This document shows, piece after piece, positions 38,625 through 50,520 of a stretch of 64,000 nucleotides of DNA. The stretch's first letter is position 1. Each line of letters opens with the position of its first letter. Under the pieces are notes generated by a model. The model saw nothing but the letters and a program-made list of their open reading frames with translations. It was not told where the DNA came from and searched no databases. The DNA lies in NCBI GenBank assembly GCA_051362555.1, contig CM120641.1, forward strand, positions 39,190,401 through 39,254,400. Direction: 5' to 3'. The DNA comes from Lingula anatina. Its lineage: Eukaryota > Animalia > Brachiopoda. The translations under genes and the position numbers were made by a program.

Positions 38625-41171
38625 ATGTCTGTTCCACCGTGCTTTGCTGACCTTGGCAAAGATGCTAGGGACGTGTTCAGCAAGAAGTACAGTAAGTATA
38701 AGTTTAGCAATCAGTATTTTTTTTTACGAAATTTTCATTTAATTTCGATTTCTGCTACTGCCCCAAAATGTTCTTTTAACATCTTTGCAGTGAGTATGTG
38801 AGTATTCAGGCAATTGTATTGAAAGACAGTAATTCCTATGGTTAATTTATCTGAATATCAAGATATTAACACTTTTGTTGTAACATTTCTAGTTTTATTT
38901 TTGTGCATTGTATTGTTACCTAAGTTTTCAGCATCATAAAATGCCCCCATTTGCATGTTTCAGATTTTGGGTTTTTCAAGATAGAAACAAGTACAAAGAC
39001 CAAATCTAATGTGGAATTCAAGGTAGAAGGAAGCTCAAACCATGACACAGGGAATGTCTTTGGTACTTTTGAAACAAAGTACAAATGGGCTGACCCTGGT
39101 ATGTGTTGATATTACATAAGTTGTTTTACAAAATAGAGTAAAATAAAATCAGTGCATTGCAACAGTTGTGAAATACAATCATTTCATTAAAAAAAATTAC
39201 AGCTCTTAAAAACATAATTCCAGGTATCACTGTGAAGGAAAAGTGGAACACTGACAATATGTTGTCAACTGATATTACCATTGAAGACCAGTTACTGGAA
39301 GGTCTGAAGTTGACTTTAGATGGCTCTTTTGCTCCAGTCTCTGGGTATGTGTTATTTTATAGATGTGATTGATTATATGTGAGTAATTGCTAAAGTATTT
39401 GTATAGAATTCAACATTAGTGAGGGAATGCAATATGAAAATGATTGCAATGCAGTATATAACCTAATTTACTGTATGTATGATTTGTAGTAAGAAGAGTG
39501 CCAAGATCAAGGCTGCATACAAAAGGGATTACATAAATCTCAACTGTGATGTGGACTTGGGTTTTGCTGGACCAACTGTACATGGTGCAGCTGTGCTTGG
39601 GTAAGTTGCCTGTTCTCTTTTCAATCTTGAGCAACAGGGAATCTTATTTATTTCTGAAAATCAATCTACACCTTAGCAAACCTAATATAATTGTTTGCAT
39701 GGGAATGAAAATGAAAAATAAATCTGAGGTAGAAAGGAAATGTATAAGTTATGTAGAAAATAAGAGAATTTTTTGAAATTTAAATTTAGTTGTTAAATGG
39801 ATGACTTTTTTTTGGGGGGGGGGGGGTTCAGGGTTTTTTTTTTAACTATCTGCCAGTGGACAATCTTGTGTTGTGAATGCGAAAATGGTTCAGGTCTTAA
39901 TTTTAAGACTTCATTTCAATTTGCTTGTTTGAGTAGTGGCAAGATTGAGGTTTTAAACTAAAAACGGCTCTTGTAACTGTCCCTAAGAATATTGAAAGTG
40001 GTTTCAATTTTTTCTTTTTTTCTGGCAGGTATTCTGGTTGGCTTGCTGGTGCCCAGATTTCATTTGACACTGCCAACAGTAAGCTTGTGAAAAATACTTT
40101 TGCTGCAGGATACAAGAAAGACGATTTCCAGATACATACCACTGTGTAAGTATATATGTGAGCAGATGATAATCCTGAATTGACATCCACATACACACCC
40201 AATGCAGCCAGTGGGATGGACAGGGAAATGGATTGTTGTAAACTTTAAATAGATGTTTTTAATGTCATGTTTTGTAATAATTGAACATATTCTGAGTTAC
40301 GAAATATTTTCTGTACATGTAAACTTGAGGCATAGACATCTACATTAAATCTTGGATGTTGCAACTCTTATAGGACTGATGCCAGTGAGTTTGGAGGGTC
40401 TCTCTACCAGAAGATAAGTAAAGATTTGGAGACTGCTGTATCTTTGAACTGGTCTTCAGGCACCAATACCACAAGGTTAAATTTGGGTGCAGCATATACT
40501 CTTGATAATGGGGCTAAAGTCAGGGTAAGTTTTTTTTTTTTTTAAACTTTATATATGAATGAAGACGCCGTTTACTGCCATTAAAATGGTGCATGTTTTT
40601 CTGTTCAGTGCTTGTATACATCAAACCTTGCTGTCTTAGTAGTTCAAATTGTGCTGTAGATGGTTTTGAGCAGTCTAGGTCAAAGAATGAGTATACATGG
40701 TCACAAATAATGGCAAGTTATTAAAAGTACACAAGAAAAATGACAATGTATATCTGTTTCAATTTTCCACAGGCCAAAGTGAACAATTTGAGTCAAATTG
40801 GCATGGCATATTCTCAAGAACTGAGGGATGGTAAGTTGCGTTTAGCTATTTTCCTACGTGGAAGTTGGTTTCAATTGTGAGTCTGTGAACATTTCACCTT
40901 AGTCGATTGTTGAACTCGTTTGAGAGACAACAGTAATCATTTCAATAAGTTTGCGAGGAGAGGATTCTTAATGTAACAAGTAGCTGGTCTGATGTCATTG
41001 CATGAAGTGTTTGTCATGCACCATAAGATTGTGATATTTCTTTTGGGTGTGAACTTGAACTTTATGATATTTATTTCAGGTGTGACCTTGAACTTGTCCT
41101 CCATGATTGATGCCAAGAATTTCAATTCTGGTGGACACAAAGTAGGCCTTGGCCTGGAATTTGAAGTGTAG
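38625..41171 (+). CDS. VDAC: Voltage-dependent anion-selective channel (mitochondrial porin), 8 coding exons, 283 aa
   Basis: Exons 38625-38691, 38964-39098, 39224-39344, 39490-39600, 40029-40145, 40374-40524, 40773-40830, 41080-41171 (852 nt). [67 protein letters not shown]. Confidence 0.98.
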
Positions 41172-41916
41172 TTCAACTTAGGCAAAGAAAGTAGTTATAG
41201 TGCCACAACTCGCCACCGGCAACATCAGAACTAACAAAAACAGTGCATGCCTTAAAAAGAGAAATGTGTGTACATATCTGAAAAGCATTAATTATAAATG
41301 GATGTATGATATAATTTGCTTGTTACTTACGATCATTACCACTTACATAGCTTCACGGAGAAGTTGAAAGGTTGGTGACTGGTTTAAATGAAAATGTGAA
41401 CTAAAAACGCTATCAGAAATCACAAAAAAACAAACCTATTATAAAAATTTACGATAAATCTGTATTTGTCCGTTTGTGTACTTAGATAGTGGTTGTAATG
41501 TAGCTAATTTTGCCAGATCTGTTGCGTTTTAATAATACTATTCCAACAGCACGGTCATAGACATTTCTTCTGAAGAAGCACAGCACTGCAATGCTTTTTA
41601 TAAAACTTGAGGAAGGTTGGAGAAGAGTAGTCGGCCAATTTCCCGTTTGCATGAAAGGAGATGATGCTGTGACATATTGTGAATAAAACTGTAAACATGT
41701 TAAAACCAAATTTGTTTAATGTCTTTTAGGTTTTAACATACGTTGGAGATGGAAGGGTTGCTGAGATTTGTAGCAAAAACCCAAAGGATGTGATTTATAG
41801 TGGGTGCACGTTCATGACAATCTTTGCCACGGGGGAAAACGTTTGACGCCACCGTATGCCTTTGATTTATAGTTAAACTGCTGATGTGGATAACAGAAAA
41901 GAAAATTCTACGTAAT

Positions 41917-42120
41917 AGATAAACCCCCGAGTCGGCGAGAGTTATGTGGCATGCACGAGTGCGTAGCACGAGTGGATGTCACATAACCCTCGCTGACGAG
42001 GGGTCCATCTTATTTAGACCACGGTCCATTAGCGGGTTCTAACGCATTCACGTGAGACGTGCGGTTATGCGAGTTACACCACGTCTGAGTCTTTTGTTCT
42101 TCACTTCCACCGTGGTCTAA
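41917..42120. repeat. Palindromic repeat element (long hairpin plus inverted repeat), probably a non-autonomous DNA transposon remnant
   Basis: Hairpin at 41917-42010 centred on CACGAGTGCGTAGCACGAGTG. Inverted repeat TTAGACCACGGT (42014) / ACCGTGGTCTAA (42109). Confidence 0.55.
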
Positions 42121-43551
42121 TTTCGTTTGACCATTAATGGTCGTCTGTGTACGCTTGCTACTAGCAGTGGAGCATTTAGAACGCGCTGGCCTGCCCTCGG
42201 TGTCAAACCTTCACTGTCTGTGCGGATACTTAATCATCATAACCACCGTATTGGTCTTGTTTAAAAAATGAATTGAGTTAAAATTGTATCTATAAAGATC
42301 AACTAAACATAATTTAGTATAAATGCCCGAGCTTTCAAGCACGTGACTGTCGGAATGTTCGTCGGGGTTGCGCCGCTTTCGGTGTACACTAAACTGGAAT
42401 TCGTTCAGTACTTGTGCTATATTTTATGCGCACATTTGGTACGAAGAAAAGTATGTTACGAAGGTACTCTATTCACATTTTAGATAAATTGTGTGTAAAA
42501 GAGACAAAATGATAACATTATCAATATACTCGGCGTTCTTCCGTCCTGGGAGTTCAACCCCCTTGATCTCCGTGCGCCATTTATGCGTCCTATATATCAT
42601 GGGTGCCATATCGTACTCCAGGTTGCTTCGAAACTTCGCAATGTTTGGTGAATGGAAAGAACAATTTAAAAAATGTTACCAGAGATTTTCAAATGAGTTC
42701 TAACATTAGTGTGTGTGATGTTTTGCATATATTTCTGCACTGCTGACATTGTAATTAAAATTAATACACCCTTATTGTTACTATCATTGTTTCACATAAA
42801 ATTAATTTTGGGCGTTGTCTGCTAATATGTAGATCAGAATGTTTTTTTTTTTTTAAGTAATTGCACTTTCGGTGGTGTATTGCTTCTATTTTTAGATTTA
42901 GCATTTCGTTTGTCAAAACAATTGTTCTCTGAAATGTTCCTGGATCTTGTTTTCATACTAAGATCTACCAAGTTTCGTAAAGAGATAATGTGTTCTCGAC
43001 CTTAATCAAACAAGGTAGCGCAACCGTTTTTCGTTGATGATTTCAGCTTACAAAAATCTATTTCAAGCCAAAGTATGAGGATCGATAACGATCAATCGGG
43101 GGTCATTTCACATATCAGTCACTGGAATGCACACCAAAAGCGGGACATCAATAGTTAAGCACCTGTGACATATTTTATTAACACATATGGTCAAGGAACC
43201 CAAGACATGCTACTCTGTCCGTGTGACTTTTTGACTTACCATATGAGCAAAAGACTATATGTCAAGACTCGCCTACCACTCGGGGTACTCCGTTGGGAAT
43301 GACCCTGACACAAAGTTAGTATTCTTGGCGTTCGACTAGGACTTCTTACATTTAATTTTCTTTTTTTCCCTTTTTTCTTTAACATAACCACTTTGAATTT
43401 AGTGAAAAGGATATAGTCTTGAAAACCTCTCCAAAATAAATATTAACATTAAAAGAAGCCTGAATAAAAAAAGATGTTGCACAACTTATGGTTCTCTCGT
43501 GTTAACTCCATTTGAATAAAGTTACATTTTCTGCTAAGCTGTAGTTTACGC

Positions 43552-46210
43552 TTAATCTGTTGGTGCTGGAAAAAAAGCACTGCTGCACCAGCCGCGACTT
43601 TTGCACAGAGTTCTCCATGGAACGTCCAAGCCCATTGTCGCGCTGCGTAGATTCTGCCTTGGTGGTGGGCTCCAAACGGCTCTTTCGTCCGGTGAAACTT
43701 CCCCTATAACAAACAGAAATAAATACAAAAATCACAATTAAAAGTAAACACTATTCACGACAGCTTTAACTTCGAAACTCGTAGCTGTCTATCAATATTT
43801 TTCCTCGTAGCTACATGTATCTACTTCCTTGGTATCCATGTAGCTCTACAATCAATAAACGTCAATAAACAGTGTCACCAATTTGAGTTTCAGAATTTCA
43901 CAGCCCTCCTTTCTCCCTCCTGTTTTTATTTAAATGAAAGACTACAGATTATTTGCGATTATTTCACGACACGTATTTTACGACGCAAGGCGAATTTTAA
44001 GTACCAATACGAATAGAGGTCGGGGTTGATATGTCATGTTTTAAAAATTTGAACTATTTAAAAATATCGTCATAGACACATATGAGGAGGATTAAAAAGC
44101 CTTTGCGAGAGATAGCAATATTTGCGTGGAAAACGCGTTTGGATATAGAAAGTTTAGTCAATGGAACTGGTTTTGCAAAGACTTTCAAAATTTGGTGCCC
44201 TTACCTTCAATATCGGGATAAATATTTATATTTACCTCTTAAAATTACATCATCTCTTACATGTGATTTTAGATATCAGAAGTTACTCATCATATATGAA
44301 CGTAGTTGCAGGTGGCCAGCAATCTTTTATCTTGAGATTAGCCAGAAGGTCTCTTCAAAATAATTGTGTATCATCGTAAGAATGTGACACAGGGCACTTA
44401 ACCTTTTTAAGAGTTTGACGGTATTTGCACTAAATTGAATGAATCATCAGCGCGTGATCGTTACGACAGATATATCCCTATTTTTAAAGATACTGGGTCA
44501 TTTTATAGAACTTTGCAAAACCCTTACTAAGTATTTGTTTGATTCCAGTGTAGGTGTTTTAAAAGCTAAATCCTGATGGATATTTCGGCAGTATTTGTAA
44601 ACTAGATTGTAAGACAACGCCGGTGTAACGAAACTGAGGGTCAGTGTAACAGAAAGTCCCCCATCCATATAGTTATAATGGTTAGGGTTAATCTGACCCA
44701 AGTGGGTCAAAATCTCAAAATCTAGGGAGAGGCTCACCTGTACAAATGAATGGGAAGCGGACTCTCGGTTATGGGGGACTCTCTGTCGCGTCACACCGGC
44801 ATTAAAAACGGAAAATTCAAGCTCAATTGTCATCAAACAAACCTGCTAGTAAAACTTACTTTCAAATGAACTATAAAAGTTATTCCAAGGCACAATTAGG
44901 CGTTTCCAAGTTGTCGAAGAAGGATAAGTCTGCCGTCGATATGTTGGGAATCCATTTAGTGGTGGACCCCATGCCATATTTTCATATTCTCTGGCAAGTC
45001 CAGCCTCTGAAATTTTAAAAGTCATGTCGTAATCTTATTGTTAGTGTATTTCAGTCTAAAACAGGCTTATTAATTAATTAGCTCAACTGGATCTTTGCAC
45101 TATAAATATAAACCAGGAAGGATGTTGGTTACTAATCTATACTCTTCATGATAAATACTGTCCCCTCTTTTTTATCTATTCATTTAATCATTCATTTATT
45201 TATTTATCATTATTGTTTTAATACAACATCTTTGAAATCTTTTACGTTTTGAGTAGATAAGCAGTTGTTGCACTTTTTTCTAGATTGTTAATAGTCATTG
45301 CGACCCCCATATAGGCCTATCCATTTCCAATAATGACTAAAATCTGAAATGAATATTTCGACCTGAACCCATCACACTGTAATTTTAGTAGAAGATGTTG
45401 AAAATTTTCAAAATGATTCAACAAAACAGGCCATTCTATATGCTATGTGCCACAGGTGAAAGCACGAACATGCCATTCGTGTCTTAAGTGATAGGTGACC
45501 ATCCACTATTTGTGTCACCACAAAACAGACGTGCTGACCGCGTAACTTCAGTTAGCCAGCGAGCTATATACGTATTTGTTAAGTGCGAAGGTAAAGCTTT
45601 CTGAATATAGACGCGCGTCTTGGAAACTGTTCCGTGGTGTTAAAGGGTTATCTTGGAATACTGTCAATGCGTGCTTCTCTCCGTTAAGATCTATTACTTG
45701 TCATACATAAAGGTTTTTGGTAGAAATGTGACTTTTTATCAGTTGAAGTAGTTACTAAATGCAGAATTCTAAAAGAACGAGTGTATGAAGGTTTTAAAAG
45801 AAAATAATTTTTTCATTATATTATAAGCATTGTCATTAGCAAAAAAATTTGCTAGAATTATATAATTTTTTAACATATCATTTTCGGAGCTTGCGAATCT
45901 TAAACTCGAGCTGTCCCTGATAGAACAAGTAGTTGTGACTTCCAAAAGCACTTTCAGTTTTGACCAACCTTACGGTTGACCAACTATTCAAACATTTTGA
46001 ACAGATTATAAGCTAAATAAGGACTCTCTATCGCTTTGTAAACTGTGATAACAGTAGAATATAATAATAATAATAATAATAATAGATACCAAAGATATAA
46101 ATAGTTTATGTACCTGGCATGAGAGCGTCTCCCCTATCTCGTAGTACGTATGCGTTCAGAAGCTGCAAAATCAAGGCTAAGAAAAAACTGACGTATAAAG
46201 AGACTTGCAT
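43552..46210 (-). CDS. Putative secreted peptide precursor (unrecognised family), 3 exons, 131 aa
   Basis: Exons 46114-46210, 44860-45006, 43552-43703. Donors CAG|GTACAT and AAA|GTAAGT; acceptors aatttcag| and ctgtttgttatag|. Both introns are phase 1, giving an open 396-nt frame: MQVSLYVSFFLALILQLLNAYVLRDRGDALMPEAGLAREYENMAWGPPLNGFPTYRRQTYPSSTTWKRLIVPWNNFYSSFEREVSPDERAVWSPPPRQNLRSATMGLDVPWRTLCKSRGWCSSAFFPAPTD*. It has a signal peptide, RR/KR sites and an internal repeat. Minus-strand AATAAA at 43174-43179. Confidence 0.75.
44619..44800. mobile_element. MITE with GCCGGTGT termini in intron 2 of the peptide gene
   Basis: TIR GCCGGTGTAACG / CGTCACACCGGC. Inner inverted repeat ACAGAAAGTCCCCC / GGGGGACTCTCTGT. 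Internal ggttagggtta. Confidence 0.65.
46061..46084. repeat. (AAT)n microsatellite
   Basis: About 8 trinucleotide copies. Confidence 0.85.
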
Positions 46211-47532
46211 TATGTTCAACCGGTCCTCCTTCCTCTCGGCAAAAATGTCGTCGTGATGTCTTTTCTTTGTTCCAGTGGTTTTTAAAGACAGTGGTGTCCA
46301 TTAATACTTAAACACACCCACCATATTCTGGTATTTCCCTATACACTGCACTTAGTTGTCAAAGATGCTGCAATATGTGATTGGTTGTGACGTTTCCCTC
46401 GTTTGGTTTGGATATGATGGTGCCCTCCAATGAAGATTGCGCTCTTAGGTTGAAAGCGTAAGATGTAACTGCTGCTTATTGATGAAAGGGTACTGGGTAT
46501 GTCTAGCCTATATCTTTTCGTGTGTTTTCAGTTTGTTTTTTGCTTGTGTGTAGTGCAAACGCCAAGGTCGAGCGAAAAATGCTAGGATCAAGCACTTTTT
46601 CGGAGTTTTATTCCCCGTTGAAAAAGAAGTTTGCCTGAAAAGAAGATATCTAGAACCATGAATGTGTGAGAAAGTATGCCACCTACATTTTTATGCTTGT
46701 TGATTCGAATAATTGCCTTATCACCTTAAATTGTTGATTTTCCTGAATATCGGCCAGTAGTAATTTAAAGTGATTATCTGATTATCTGATATAGCCTACC
46801 GTGCGAGTTGTTTTAGTACATTTTTTATCGTGCGCGAAGCAAGGAAGTTGATGTACTTGTGCAATACAATACACAAGGACTGAACCAAAGGAATGAGGTT
46901 CTCTTGATCCTATGCAATTATACAGTTGTTTCCCCCTTTTTTAAATAATTAATGTGATGTGGGTGCTGCATATCTAAAGACATTGAATATCTGAAAAAAA
47001 GGTAGAGAACATTGAGAAATGCTAGAATTCAAGATAAGAAACACACAAATCACAATTGTTCTAATAAGCATGTTTTCCAACAACCCCGTCAAGATTCAGC
47101 TGCACGAACTAATCCGGAATCAAGAGGATTGTTAACAGCAGGTTTAAGTGCCTCTGGTCATGAAATGAATTCAATATCAAAAGTTATTGAAGAGTGAAGT
47201 TATTGGACAGACATAAGACATATATGACATGACTGTGAGTAAAAATATTACAAAAAGATTATTAGATATAGACTCGGACACAGCAATTTTGAGTGAAATT
47301 ATTGCTTTCTCTAAACAGATCTTATGCAATTTAGTCAATATTGACCAAAACAAGTATTCTAGAGAAGCGCTTAATATTGCAAATTTTGAAATAGTTTTAG
47401 TGGCTTTTTTATTATCTTTTAACGTTTCCGTGTTAATTTTTAAATTCAGGGAAAGTACAACTTTTTCAATTATGGTATATTTGATAAAAGTGAGCCGATG
47501 CACGTGTTTATAATGTATATTTTAAAGAAATT

Positions 47533-47535
<3 letters not shown>

Positions 47536-47611
<76 letters not shown>
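47536..47611. repeat. Compound (CA)n(TA)n microsatellite
   Basis: Directly visible. Confidence 0.95.
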
Positions 47612-47614
<3 letters not shown>

Positions 47615-48334
47615 TATTGTTCCACCGATTTTCACCAAAGCATTTCAATGAAGTCTGCTGTGGGTGGTACAAGTTGGTTGTTAGATATAAATTGTAGATG
47701 TTCCAGTCACGATAGTATTATAAATAAGACATATCTTGAACTACCATGTCAAGTCATTTGTCTAAAAACAGTCTCAACAAATTATCCACACGACACTTTT
47801 TTTCTTCTTCTGACTAACTTTCCGTTATATAAAATAAAAATAAACAGCTGGCAAATTGATCAGGGACAGCACATGAAGTAGCAAAATATGACAACTACAT
47901 GTTGATTATTGTTGGTTATTGGAAAATTCTTGTTAAATTGATTTTCAGTCATATGGCATGGAAAAGGTGTTGCACGCAAGGGTTATTTTCTCTCAAATGC
48001 CATCATACAATAGAAAATGCATTATCAAATGTCACTTGCAATGTGTATTGTTTTCTCTCAAATACCATCGAACATAAGAAAATGCGTGAACTAATGTCAG
48101 TCACATTCTTTATACCCTGTACTTTTTGCAAATATTACATTGAGCGTAAGCCAACAATTCTTATAATCTTTTCATATTTCATAATAAAATTACTTAATTT
48201 TAGTTAGACAACAATACAAATAGAACAGATGCTCTGTTAAAACACACACGCACCCGCGCACTCTCACACGAACATTTTCAAAATTTTATTTATCTTTGGT
48301 TTTAAAGAATCGACATTCTTCATAAACGTTCCTC

Positions 48335-49900
48335 AACCCCTCCCCCCCCTCACCAATATGGACAGCGAGTAGAAGGATAAGTAAAGACCAAAGATATGTA
48401 ATGTGGTTACTTTATAAGCTCTTTAACGATCAAAACTAGTCCATAGTTCGATTTTTTCCTCTTTTACGTCTGGTGGTGAACTGTTGTTATGTCGTTTTGA
48501 AACCGCAAGTTGAGTGAAAACTCAAGGCATCTTATACATGTTTTTTTTAATTTTGCTTTTTATGTAAAAATACAAATTACAATTAGATTATTTTGTTACA
48601 ACAACATTGAAATCCAGTCATATTTAAATTTAAAAAAAACAATCTTGCCTTGGCAGATATGAAATTGGCCTAGACCAAATTGAAATCCAAGTCACTGGCA
48701 ATTTTCAATTATAGATAGATAAATCACGTCCATAACTAAAGTCATTTTAGTTGTTCAATCCATGTCTTAGAGTATCTTTTATTCACTATTTTGTATTTTG
48801 GTAAATTACAAAACTTTTTTCTTTTCTTTTAACCCCCCCCCCCTCCAATAATGACGGCGAGGTGAAGGAGAAGTAAGGACCCGAATTATGTATGGTGATC
48901 GAAATTAGGCCATAGTTCGATTTGTCCATTTAAGGTTAACTGTGGTTTTTTCATTTTGAAACTGCTAATGGAGTGAAAATTATTGCCAGGAAATTCAAGG
49001 GATCTTAAACATGTTTTTTTTCTTTCTTTTTTCTTTCTTCTCTGGTTTTTTATGAAAAATACAAATTCCAATTGTTATAATTTTTTCACAACAGTATACA
49101 GAAAGGAGAAAAATAGATGATATAAACATGACAATCTTTTAGTCAATAATAATATAAAATTAATGATCAAAATATTAAAGCGTCAGAGAGTGGAATTTGA
49201 CGCGAGAAAATACACTGGAAGATTTTTACTGGGGTCTTCACTGTTCAGTTCTAAAATTGACAGCATTCTACCATGTTTTAGCTCAAAGTTTCCCGTTAAA
49301 CATTTCCTTTACTCCACTTTGTTTTATCTTGATGCATGAGAGAACGAGAGGACTGTTGCTCCATTTTCATTCATTACTATTCTTCGTATAAATATGATTT
49401 GTATTGAGGAATCTAATATAAGATACTTGTATAAGTAACAGCTATTAAACTATTAAACAAGGAGAAATTCCGACATTTAAAAATTCCCTGTATGTTTTTT
49501 TAATGAATTGTTTTGAAAGTCACTCGTATTTGCATTATTTTTATGAATTTGGTAATTTTCTGAAGATAATTTTAATCCTCCGGTCACAGAGGTCATTTAA
49601 ATCCACTTTTTACTTTCATTTACGGTGTATTCCCCAAAAGCAAGTCTGTTCAAAACCATAGAACATAAGGATATGTCTCAGGCCAGATTGAAATCTAATT
49701 TTAAATCCGCCAAGGCGAGATTGAAATCGCAATCTTGCCTAGGCAGATTTAAAATTGGCCTAGGGGAGATTGATATCAAACTCACAGACAATTAAAAATT
49801 ATAAATAGATAGATCAATTGCACTTTTAATTAAGCCGTTTTATTTGTATGTACAACCCATTTTTAAGAACATCTTTAACCAACTATTTGCATATGGGGTA
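48335..49900. repeat. Two diverged direct copies of one repeat element
   Basis: The block poly-C...ccaata...gcgag..gaagga.aagtaa.gacc...ccatagttcgattt...gagtgaaaa...catgttttttt...aaaaatacaaatt occurs at about 48335 and 48833. The block aatcttgcct.ggcagat.t.aaattggcctag...aattata.atagata.atca occurs at about 48641 and 49731. Confidence 0.7.
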
Positions 49901-50520
49901 TTTCAAAACATTAATTAAATTTTTTGTCGCACATAGGGATTCTTTTGACTGCATGGCAGTCCTGTTAGCACTTTGACTAAGGGGGTAATGGTGGCTGTAA
50001 TTTGCTCTCATAAACGTCAATTCTATCTGTATTCTCGTTTACAGTCAAATGTATTTCATCATTTACTCACTTATGATGAAAATATAAGCATATATGTGGA
50101 CTATGATACACCGAAAGAAACAGGATCACAACTTTTAATGAATTAGTCAAGATGTCGTTTACTAAAAGTTTATGTCAATTAAAACACCACTTTCTTATGC
50201 GATATTTCGAAGTAAATATGTGAACTTGCAGTTTATTTACCAAATCACTAGGTCAAAATTGTACATGTTAAGCAAAATTATTTTCACGATTTGTACAGGA
50301 ATGCATTTACTTGCTGTTGATCTGGGAGGCATGGGTTGGCATTATATTATTAAATCGAGTTTTAATCATAATTAATATACTTATATATATCATATTTTTA
50401 TTACAGATTTTTACTACAGACAATGAAAAATTAGTACACAGCTTAGATCAATGCAACGATTATCCAAATCATCATAGTACAAAAATTCTCCGGGTCTAAT
50501 TTTGCATTATTTTCAGATGC

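Noticed and set aside
43502-43735. ORF-track 77-aa minus ORF
   Set aside because: It overlaps the real exon 3 of the peptide gene but is in a different frame from the one fixed by splice phase and the internal repeat.
44738-44842. Apparent extra exon with a strong CAG|GTGAGC donor (ORF 44498-44836)
   Set aside because: It would need a 17-nt intron after exon 2. The 45-nt version has an in-frame TAA, and the sequence overlaps the MITE at 44619-44800.
47498-47881. 127-aa ORF with HTHT/YIYI runs (also 18337-18535, 26460-26714, 31798-32025)
   Set aside because: These frames are open only because of stop-free microsatellites.
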